Assembly: GCF_002571385.2 (NCBI RefSeq)
Contig: NW_019217785.1
Location: forward strand, 558,121-622,120
DNA: 64,000 nt
DNA from: Stylophora pistillata
Lineage: Eukaryota
Direction: 5' to 3'
The notes under the pieces were generated by a model. It was given only the letters and a program-made list of their open reading frames with translations. It was not told the DNA's origin and searched no databases. The translations under genes were made by a program, and so were the position numbers. Positions 1 through 11,300 of this stretch are shown here, piece by piece (the first letter of the stretch is position 1; the number at the start of each line of letters is the position of its first letter).

Positions 1-174
1 TGTTTTGTTATAAAACAAATGGTAAACACCACAGCGTACACTTTTGAGTTATGGATGCGCTTGGGAGGTTTGCTAAGCACTCAAGAAGCTAGAGTCGCTT
101 TCGGCTATCGACTCACGTGACTCTAACACCTCTTTCGTGCTTAGCAACCTCTCGTGTGCATCCATAACTCAATA
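1..174. mobile_element. Hairpin module of a non-autonomous element
   Basis: TTGAGTTATGGATGC...TGCTAAGCAC / GTGCTTAGCA...GCATCCATAACTCAA. The leader ATAAAACAAATGGTAAACAC recurs at 59129-59148 next to a gap. Confidence 0.65.
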
Positions 175-175
175 G

Positions 176-370
176 TTTGGACATATCAACAAAACTGAAA
201 TGGTAAATTGGCCACCGTAACGACTACAAAAGCTGACGTTTCGAAACGTCAGCTTTTGTAATCGTTACGGTGGCCAATTTACCATTTCAACTTTGTTGAT
301 ATATCCAAATATTTTCGTTACTCCTACCGACGCAGCCCCAAACAGTTTCTTTCGAAACTATCAGCCTTTA
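176..370. mobile_element. Penelope-like repeat remnant arranged as a 134-bp fold-back palindrome plus 3' tail
   Basis: 176-309 is a near-perfect palindrome centred on TTTCGAAA (242/243). The arm and tail match the copies at 4073-4228 and 63757-64000. Confidence 0.75.
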
Positions 371-919
371 TTTTATATTTTGTTTGGGATCCTCAATTGT
401 GTTTGTTGTAACTAGAATTTCGTTATATCGAGTTTCTTTTAATCGAAGTTCTATTCCATACAATTTACTGTAACTTTCGCCTGGCTGAAGAATATCGTTT
501 GGTATACCGAGAACTTCGAGTTTTAAATCAAGAATAATTTTTGAAAGCTTGGTGTTTTTTATGTTGGAATTTATTGGTTACCAGGGTAACAACCCTAAGG
601 AATCCTGGAGCCAAGAAAGAAAACATGGCAAACAGAGCGTGGATAATTTTTTTATCTCCTCCAGGAAAATAAAATAATAGTGTTTAACTTCGATAGATCT
701 GAAGGCCATGAGCACACCAGATATCAAGAATTTTCATCAACACGGCTTGGCAAGGTATTAATGTTCCCTAGCTGAATCCTGCATTGAACTTTTTAGTCAG
801 TTGATGCGACAGTCTGTATAACACGAGGGTAAGAGAAGAAAAAATCATTTATACATGAGCTTATGCTTTATACATACGACTCACGCTCCAACAGGTAAAC
901 AACAGGATACTGACAGATT

Positions 920-1222
920 TACTAACGTCACTCACAGATACGACTAACCGACTGAAAAACTCCTCTAACGGTCTGAGCTAACGTTCTAGCGGATACAACT
1001 AACGTTCTAATGAATTCAACTAACGCTCTAACGAATTCAACTAACGCTCAAACAGGTTCAACTAACGCTCTAACGAATTCAACTTACGCTGTAACGAATT
1101 CAACTAATGCTCTAACGGTTACGGATTAGATGCTAACGAATTGACTAACGCCTCTAAAGGTTTTCGTTTATTTATCTGACGGATGACTAATGGATAGCTA
1201 ACGGTCTAGACCCTCTAACGGA
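920..1222 (+). repeat. Degenerate 21-bp minisatellite (CAACTAACGCTCTAACGAATT)
   Basis: About five well-conserved units at 997-1120 with decayed flanks; about 15 CTAAC motifs in 300 bp. Confidence 0.85.
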
Positions 1223-1626
1223 ATAATTTATCGTTAGTGTACGTTTTCCCAAAGAAGGTCACATATTAGAACATTTCAGCCGGACCATTCCTTATTACTG
1301 CTGTAGCATCTTTCAAATCATTGCTTGTGTTCAAGTCACACACAGGACTGTCAAAAGACTTCAATAAATTGCAAAGATAGCCACAAGTAACTTAAGCTAC
1401 TGTACCTTTTGACAAGAACTCTCAGCTGTGAGAACAAATCAAAGGGTAATAGCTGTGAAAACAAGTGCAACTTCCAGACCAAAAAGAATACACTACAAAT
1501 GAGAGTTCTAGACTCACTGTAAATGCCCAAAAGATTTTGAGGTTTCATAGGAAAATGTCATCAGCATGTTTTTCCAAGGTAAAATTGTGTGCTCCTCAAA
1601 ATTGATTGAGGAGAAGTGATATAATG

Positions 1627-1780
1627 GTGTGAGCAGTCACCTCCCATAGGTCTGGCTTGGCTTTGATTTCTAATTCTGATGCTGCATGTGGCTTGGATTT
1701 TTCATTGATTCTCATCCTTGCTGCATAGTTTTTCTCTGTGTTCCACTGGTTTTTCCACTTAAATGAAGCCACCAACTCAG
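1627..1780 (+). mobile_element. Degenerate tRNA-derived SINE
   Basis: Decayed A/B-box head and a TTTTCTCTGTGTTCCACTGGTTTTTCC segment related to the better-preserved minus-strand piece at 29771-29816. Confidence 0.45.
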
Positions 1781-1822
1781 ATGAAATACTACTGGATTTG
1801 CTACTGCTAAAATCAAATTATT

Positions 1823-1990
1823 GGTACTGGTATCACTGAGATCATGGGTTTAAATACTGTACAGGCCTGAATTTTTTTTCAGACCTTATTTTCACTACTA
1901 CATTTATAAGTAGTGTTCATTACTGCAAGGATTGCTAATTCATACATTTCTTTAAATTACAGTATGCATATATGATTTCTATGTATTCAA
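1823..1990 (+). mobile_element. Degenerate copy of the tRNA-headed SINE family seen at 7284-7597
   Basis: Shares GTACAGGCCTGAATTTTTTT(T)CAG..TTTTCACTA...AGTG...TTACTGC(A/G)AGGAT. Confidence 0.7.
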
Positions 1991-2369
1991 ACTAATTGAA
2001 AACAAAATTGTTTTCTTATTCAATTTTTTTCATGGAGGTGGAATAAGAGTTTGTTTACAAATTAGTCACCTCTTTCATCTAAAACCTGGATTGCAGACTG
2101 CTTTGTGCAAATATCATAATAAATTGGTCTTGAGTTATTACCACTGAGTACCACTCCTTAGATTTAGTTGAGCATCATCATGGCACTGCATTACTTGCTC
2201 TTTTTTACCTCTGAAAAAATTTCAAAAGGTTCTATTGACAGCTGGAATCTTTATTTTTTAGCCTTCACACAGCAGACTTGATATTAAACAGGAGGGACTA
2301 CTCATAGTCTATTGTGAGGTCTGCATTTAATTTTAGATAACGTATACATGTTTTTTACTTTAAAATCAG

Positions 2370-5300
2370 GGGAATACCTAGAGCTGTCAGAAGACCAAAC
2401 CAGTGAGAGACATCAGGAACTTTTGGCAGAATTTGAGAGAAGAAAAAAGGTAACATTGTAGCTTACATTACTTCTCAAAAGCTTCATTTAGACTGTAGAC
2501 TTTGCTTGTGTTAAATTGTAGAAAATGTTGTTGGCTCCTTCGGTCCAACCAGTGACTGTGGCAGATTTTTGTTCCTGTGAACCATTATAACATCTACTGA
2601 TGAAAAGTATTACAGATTTTTAATTTGCTTTTGATAGTAATTTAAATTCCTGAGTGCATTGATTATTGTGTGTTTGGTTCTGTAAGAATAGAGGCTAAGT
2701 CTACACTTGTAGGGTTGCCTGGGTTGAGACAGCTTTTATCAGGTGTGTAACTGACACTCCGTCACACTTTGAAATGCGTACCTTTTTTAATCTCGACAAT
2801 TCACTTATACATAACACAAAAAAAAAGTACAGAATTAACAATGCGAACTTAAACCCAAGGAAACTGAAATACAACGAAATGAATACGAAAAAACACAGGA
2901 AAATACAAACGAAGGCGTAGCTACTTACAAGCTCTGTACGGCACTCCGGAATAACAACCACTGAATAAAAATTACAACTATGATGTTATATAGCGGATAA
3001 AGGCTAAAACAATAGACTAAACAAGGTTACACAATGCTCAAAGGCGATTATATGAAACTACGCTGACAAACTTAATTTACATTTTGACAGCACGAAAAAA
3101 TACAAACTAATAAACACAGAACTGAACTATCGAGATGAGAACTATTTACACTAATTACAATTAACAAAGATGAACGACAGAACCGATAAAAAATAACTCT
3201 CGTGGCTACAAGGTGGTTAGAAACACTTTTTGTGTAGACTGTCTAGTGTGGAATTCTTTTTTATGATAAGATGTAATAAAAAAAGTTGTGATGGTCTTTT
3301 ATTGTAGGCACGGGCAATAACTGTACCAACAGATGATGCTTCAGTTAAGGCAAGACTCCGAGAAATTGGTGAACCAATAAGTAAGTTGTTTGAAGACAAC
3401 TCAGTTGATCAATCTTTACTATTCTTGTACATGTAGCTTGGTGAACTACACTTTGTTTTGGGGGGCCCACCTGTATATATATAAGCTACATAATGTGTGT
3501 ATATGGTATTACATTTTTGTTGCAGTTAGGGTGTACACTGTAAAAGGTTAACATGAGCAAATTCAGCATGCTGGAATAAAGATAGAACCGTAAGGCATGA
3601 TGTTAATAAGAATCTGATGTTTTCTTTGCAGCTTTGTTCGGAGAGGGTCCACCAGAAAGAAGAGACAGGTTAAGAATCCTTTTGTCTGAGCTCGGTAAGA
3701 ATCAAGTAGTTGATTTGAAAATCTTCTTTAATATCTGAATGAATGCATGCATGCTTGAATGCTTTGTTAACTATTAATTATCTGCAGGCATGCATACTTA
3801 GAAGCAATAAGGGGGTGCAATAGTTTATTGATTTTGCTACTTGGTTAGCATTATAAATCTGTGTTTTCTTAAACAGGTGAAGATGTATCCTTAGGAAGTA
3901 AAGAAGTGGCAGAAAAATCAAAACAGGAACCAGTAAGTATACCTTTGTGTACTGTTGTGAAATGTAAAAAATAATGTGAAATGTCTCTGTTTCAGATTAA
4001 GTGCATTATTTTTGTGAATAAATATTTGGTGTTAAATTTTGACAAAAAATGGTGTTAAAAAAGACAGCTTGTGCTCTGACGAAGAGCTAGCGCTCGAAAC
4101 ATCAGCTTTTGTAATCCTTATGGTGGCCACTTTACCATTTCAACTTTGTTGATATATCAAAATTATTTCGTTACTCCCACCGATGCAGCCCCAAACAGTT
4201 TCTTTCGAAACTATCAGCCTTTATTCATTTGTGCTGTATTATATTAAATGACAAACCAGGGCACCTGTTTTGGAGTAAGCAATTATGGCTGGAAATGTTT
4301 TTGGAGAATCACAAGACATCTCAAAATGTGATTCTTTAGAAGCTGAAAAGAAAGAGACCACCAGACCTTTCATAAAAAAATATGGAGAAAACTGACTGAA
4401 CTTTGACACTACAGCTTGCCTCATGACCACCACAGCAGTGCTTTCAATAAGACCTGGCACCCGCCGGAGCTCCGGCGGCTATTCTGTTGCGAGTCGCCGG
4501 GTATATTTCACCGCGCTCAAGTCGCAGTCGCCACGCTAAGTCGCAATCAAGTCGCTCTCCGGTGGATGTTGTACCGAGGTAGCCACCTATTTCAAATCTT
4601 ATTGAAAGCACTGCCACAGAGGTCATGAGGTTGCCAAATTGGCAGCTTACTGTGCAAAATTTTTCTCCAAATGTTTCAAATTCTATTTGCTGTCAAATGG
4701 CAAACAGAAAGGTATTGGTGTAGAGTTGAGCGTTTTGTGTTGGTTGAAAGGCGTGTTATGGGTTTGATGAGAACTGTCTACAGTCAAACCTTGATTATTC
4801 ACAACTCAGTTATCAGGATTTTTTGATTATCCAGACTTGCTTCTCTGGTGCCATTATCTAGGAACATTTAAATTCATATTTTCGATCATCCAGACTCGTG
4901 ATTATCTGCACTAAGTCCAGTCCTGGTGAGTCCAGATTATTGAGGTTCAACCGTACTGATTTCACAAGATTGAGGTTTAACCATACTGTTTTCACATTAT
5001 TGAGGTTCAACCATACTGATTTCACATTTTTTTTTCTTGTGTCAGGAAGTTAAAGAAGAGGTGTGGTACCATGAAGGAGATCCTGAACTTAAAATAGCTC
5101 GATTGTGGATGGCTAAATACTCTTTACCACGGTTAGTCCCTGTGACTGACCCATTGCAATTTGATTAGAATGAGTATAAAAGAAAAAAAAAGTTTTGAAG
5201 ATGTATTTCAATTGTGGATAGAAAGTGTTTTTGTGCTTTATTGGAAAAAATTTTTTTGGCAGGTCAAGATGACAAAAAATTCATGCTGGGAACTAATTTT

Positions 5301-8300
5301 TATGATTTTATTCCATGATCCTTCTCTTGGTTTTCTCTAAACAATCTGGTTTAGTACCTAAAGGTTTGGTATCATGCAAAAAAACATGCAATTTTTCATT
5401 ATTTTTTTCAAGTTATTCACTGAGTACTCGTAAGGTTGATGTTTCATGGGTGGATGGTTTGAACAAGTTTGAACAGAAAATGCACATTTTGACACTTGAC
5501 TTCTGCTATACATTTTGTTTTGATTGGGCTGAAGGAAGTAGACTTTCAAAATTAAAACCTGAAAAATGTTCTCCTCATCCTACATGATATTTCACTGAGT
5601 TCTCCTGACATTTTGCCAGCTCTCTGGTCAAACAGGCACTCAGAACATACTACTACTTCACCACCTTGAATATTGACACTATAACCTTGGAGTTAATTTG
5701 CTTATCTAGAGATGGAGTTCATCTCACTAGACATTAGGCAACTGTACTGACATGAATGTCATGTTGTGCTGTAGTTCTACTTGCATATGTATACTTCTTG
5801 TTTCTGTTATTCTTATGTAGTTGCTCTATCTGTCTGTCAATCTTTTGGTCTGTTTACACATTTTTCACCATGTAGTGGTCAAAAATCTAATGTACATGAA
5901 TTTCTGGTTTGCTGAAAAAATGTCTTGGTTTTGCAGGGCTAGTGAAAGATTAAAGCAGATGCGTATCAAGCAAGCTAGACCTGATCCTGAGAAGGCTGCC
6001 AAGACACAGGAGTTACATCGGAAGCTACGGGTCTGTGCACATGATACTGTACCTGTAGCTTGAAAACAATGAGGTTTTTCGTCTTGTTGTATTGACAAAA
6101 GAAATTTTGAGTTTCGAGTTTTGATTTGCAGGGTCTGAACAACTTTTGTAGTCAAATTGGTGATGATAGACCACTGTCTTACTGCCAGTTCTCTCCAGAC
6201 TCATCCATGCTAGCCACGGCATCATGGTAGGCTTTAAACAGACTCACATGTAGCCCTATTAACAGTAAAGGCATACCATACCACACATATCCTTTTACAG
6301 GAATAGTTCATTAATTTTGTTCTCTCATTACAGAGGGAAAAATAAGAATTTGAATCCCCATTAAGTTGTTGAGCACCAGAGCTTTTGATTTGGTGGTCTG
6401 ATGTTCTACCACTGAGCTACAGAAAGCTCAATGGTGGACATGGCCTTAAACTAGATTATTATGTGGCAAGCATTCTGCATAGTATGGCTGAACAACACTA
6501 TTTTTTTGTCCTTTTTTGGTTTTAGGAGTGGCTTGTGTAAACTGTGGTCAGTTCCTGATTGTGAACCAATAGCAGTTTTGCGAGGTATTCTGACAAATGT
6601 TGTTGAGTGTGTTTTGGTTACTTTCAAACTGCGAGTACTGCAAATATCCTTAAATCCACAATTGTCAATCATAAATGATTTTCTTCTCCATTTTTCAACA
6701 GTTTATAAAATTTAATTATGTACAGTACCATAGTTTTCTCTTCCATTAATTTTTTTTAAATCATTCTCTTTTAATACAATGTATCTCAACTTTTTTTTTT
6801 TGGGTTGTTAATTTGGTAATAAGTGATGAAGAAGTTTTGATGCTGTGCTGTTCTTCTTTACATAGTTGATGACATTAGTTAAAATTCTTCGTACTAACAG
6901 CAATGTAACTTTCAAACAAATTGTGAAGATTATGTCCCTGTTTATTTGCAGGTCACAATGAGCGTGTTGGCTCCATTGTGTTCCATCCTCAAGCTACACT
7001 GTCTTTAGATGAATCAGGACCATGCATGGCATCATGTGAGGCAGACGGTGTTGTGCTTTTGTGGGCATTGAACATGTATGGAATCACACAGTTGATATAA
7101 CCATCTAACATTTTTCTTTATTATCATCACTTGTCTGTATGGCACTGAAACATAATTAATTTTCAATCCAGCCTGTCATATGTGTATCAGCATGAGGGTA
7201 GTGGTGAAAAGAATTGTGGTTGGTATATTACTGGCTGCAGGAATAGCAGGACCTGCAAGATGGTGGATTTAAGCACAAATTATTTTTTTCAGGTCTGATT
7301 TTCACTATTGCTTAAATAGTGCTTTACTGCGAAGGATCGTGCACATATACGTTTCATAACCGCAGTTTATATATATGTATTTCATATATATTTGTTGTTT
7401 GATTTATCATCTACGGGTTCATGTCGAATTAATTTGATGGCCTGCTTCCAGTTGGCTTGTTAGCTCAATTGGTAGAGCGCTGCACTAGTATCGCAGAGGT
7501 CAGTGGTTCGAATCCCGTACAGGCCTGAATTTTTTTCAGGTCTGATTTTCACTATTGCTTAAATAGTGCTTTACTGCGAAGGATCGTGCACATATACAAT
7601 TATGCATGTGTTGTGCACGCGTAAAATTTTACATGAACCATTACACACCTTAAATTACATGCAGTCTGCATGTAATTTGACTCATGTCAAAATTACCATG
7701 TCCTGATTACATGAAGTTTGCATGTATTTCCACTTAGCAGTGTACATGAATCTAACAATGGAAGTTTGAATCTCAGAGTCCATATTTCAATATTTGAGAA
7801 ATTCAGCCTTGCTTGTGTGTACTTGAAAATTATAAGGTTTTAATCTTGGGATTGCTGCTGTAATCCACAGTTAAATCTTTTTCTCTCATTTCAAACCACA
7901 CTAAGTGAAATTTCCTTTACCAGGTATTCCATACTCAGTCAATTACAAATCAAAAGTTTTAACTCTGACGGGCGAGAAATTGATGGAAATGTGTGACACC
8001 ATGTGGCATTTAACAAAAAACAACCAAAATCAGATTGATGTTGTGGTGACCCTACACCTGTAGCAGAAGTCATTATCAGTGCACATACTAACCTTGCTTG
8101 GTGAAACATATCAATGATTCAGTCTTTAACCCCTAAGAGTTACTAATACCACACTGCTCCTTACAATATCACCACTGAATTAAACGTTAAGGCCATGAGA
8201 ATTAAACAAATGATCACTAACCAAAAGAGCTCTTGACTGATAATCAAAATCTCCTTGTCAGTACTGGAGGTATGGAGAATGTGCATACTGATGCTAGGGT

Positions 8301-11300
8301 TTGAAGGTTAAATTGTGGCAGTGAGAAGGTTGATACTTACATGGTACTTTTTCTGGTAAACTGTCTAGGGACACACCACTTGCAAACATTGAGGGACATG
8401 AGAAGCGTGTGTCCCGTGTGGCCTACCATCCATCTGGGCGATTTCTTGCATCTTGTTGGTGAGCAGTGTTAACTTCTGTTAGTTCCAGTAATTCAGTCCA
8501 TGGTTATTCATTTCCTAACTGTCAGACAAAATATTAAGTCTGCTTTTTCCTTTTACTGGATTGATGTGTGGGTCTTTGTTTAGTTTTGATCACTCCTGGA
8601 GGCTATGGGATTTGGAACAGCTAAAAGAGGTCCTCCATCAGGTATTCAAAATTACTCCAGTTGCTCTGTTTCCAAATGATTTCTTTCTTTTCTTTTTTAC
8701 ATGATTATTTGATGGTTTGTGAATGCTCTTATTGTAGGAGGGTCATTCCAGAGAGGTGTACAGTATTGCATTTCAGGTGGATGGCTCACTTGCAGCCACA
8801 TGGTATGATTCCTTACTCTTCCAATTGTTAGATTGTTTTAACTAATGATTCTGTCATGGTTGCCAAACGTATATGGAAAATTCTTTGGGGTTAGGGAATT
8901 ATGGGTTGAGTTAGGAAAAGTTGAAGATTTGCATTTAAATTCAGGAATAATTTCAATTGTTACACCACTCTGTAACTGCTTTTGATGGGTGGAAGACCTT
9001 TATCATTATGATCTTAAGAATGTTTTTTGTTGTAGTCTGATATGTTTTATCACGGCAGTTTTACAAATGCTCAGTGGTGATTTATTAAAAAAAAAAAAAA
9101 AACTCAACGGGTTCAAAGAAGGGAGGTACAAGTGGCTTAGTGGCTGCTTGTGCATGTTGATTGTTTTGTTAAGGAAATTCTATTTTTTATCAGGGAATTT
9201 TGAAAAGGATTTCCGTGGCAACCATCCCTTATTCAATGCCCGTCTTTTATCCCTTAAGTGGTCAGCTCTTCATTTTTGAACCATTTTTGCCACCAAGGAC
9301 AGTCGATAGAAGTTACACACGAGTAACACATTTGAAAAGAGGAGGCAATGTTGGACTGCATCATGAATTTCACATAGTTACCTTTTGTTATGTGTACAGC
9401 TCCTATGAAAGCAGACATGAAAGAAGCTACTCTGTTATTTTTTCAGTGGGCTCGATGCGCGGGGCCTGGTATGGGACCTCAGAACGGGTCAGTGTATCAT
9501 GTCCCTGGATGGACATCTGAAAAAGGTGCTAGGAATAGACTTTGCACCTGATGGGTGAGTTACACCAAAGAGTACCTAGCCTGCAGTGCCGGCGTATTTT
9601 GGGCGCACGAATGCACATTTTCGTATTAGGCCGCCATCTTAGATTTGGTAAATGGGGAGGATTGGGGCGAGGAAATATTTTCCGAGGGAGTAGGTGTTAA
9701 GTGGAAAAATGGGCAAAGGGGGAGAGGGAGGGGAAGGGAAAAATGTGCACTCGTGCGCCCAAAATACGCCGGCACTGCAGGCTAAAGAGTACCCATCGAT
9801 TGGGTGTCTGCGTATGCGTGAAACCTAGACCAAAGAAATTACGACCAAGCAAAGTATGCCAAACATATCAAATTATCTTATTGCTAGCTCCGCGAGCTGC
9901 TGAGGTGAAGTTAATGCTTTGTTCTGATTGGCTATCGAGTGCTGCTCAGTTAACAATTGTTGTGTTTATTTTTTTTTTCTCTCAATAATAAATTTCTCAT
10001 CGACCAAACTTTTTCGCGTGAGCAATCTGAAGACATCGAGGAAAATGGAACTAATAAAGGATTGGAGTAGTGGCAGAAAACCGTCGTTTTATGAAGAGAG
10101 AGAGGCGCTGCTTGATATAAATTAGACTTAAATCTGCTCAATTGAATGTTACGTACAAATGAAAAATTTATTTCATCCAATTAAAAACATAATTTGAGAT
10201 AGAAATTTAGGAGGTAAAAAAGTAGTGCGGATGAAATTGTGTAAACTTGTACGTGTGCTTGGACTGAAGTTTTCTTGTGTTTGGAATGTGACGCTATGAA
10301 GGGGTCTTTATGTCTCAGATATCATGTCGCTACCGGAAGTGAAGATCAGAAAATTATGATTTGGGACTTGAGGAAGAGGCAGTGCGTGTACACTGTTCCT
10401 GCTCATACCAACCTTATATCACACGTCAAGTTTCACGGTAAGCCGTGTTATCTCTAATAAGTTTGAAAAATGCTTCATTCTACATGATCTGACGTGGAAA
10501 TGGGGTAAAAACAAAAAAGTGGCTCACGAGGCCCAACCGTCGTACGTGAACTTTTACTGTACGGACACGTGGCAACATGGAATCTGTTCGTTTTACATGA
10601 TAAAATAGCAAGATATTTCTCGTGGTTCTCTTCATATTTCTGTAGATGCTGCAGTTTAGTTTGTTCATTTAGTTTTCTTAAATATTTTTCTTTCATTGTG
10701 TAGATGACTTCTTGGTTTCGGCATCCTACGACAAAACAGTAAAGGTAACTTAGTAAATGGATGTTGTTATAGTTCTCATTCATGGGGCGAGTAGAGTTGA
10801 TAAATAGAGAAGAGGTTACTATTTTTTGTAAGTGTGTGGATGAATTTGAAGTTGTAGCTGGAAAAATGTCACGAGGGAAAAGCTTTCGGTGTTGGTTTTT
10901 TATCCCAACCTTTCGGCCTCGTGTCGCGAATAACATAATGCTAATTTTGTAAGGCACAAAAAATACTTAAAGAGAGTGTTAGATATCTTGGTTGAGAGAA
11001 AGCGGCCTTAATAATTCATTTCTTCTCTTATCAGTGCGTAAAGTTTTTTTACCTAAGAGCAGTTTACATTGTTTTGGCATAGTTAATAAATGAATTCTTT
11101 TTTTTTCTTTTCACAATTTCCAGTTAACACTGTTTTATCTGCTTAGTATAGCTTATACTGTCCAATCTACATTGTGTGGTCTACACTGTTTCAGTTTACA
11201 CTGTATTAGTTTACAAGCGTTTTTTCAAATTGCTTTGCGAACGCCTATCGGAAATATCGTGAAAACAGCTGCCCTCCAACTCGCTTTAAGTTAAGCTTGT

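Noticed and set aside
708-754. First coding exon of PRPF4 (MSTPDIKNFHQHGLA)
   Set aside because: No similarity to the PRPF4 N-terminus, and its phase does not fit the exon at 2370.
920-1222. CRISPR-like array
   Set aside because: Tandem units with no unique spacers, no cas genes, eukaryotic intron context.
7454-7526. Functional tRNA-Thr(AGT) gene
   Set aside because: Mismatches in the T stem and anticodon stem; embedded in a dispersed repeat with a second degenerate copy at 1823-1990.
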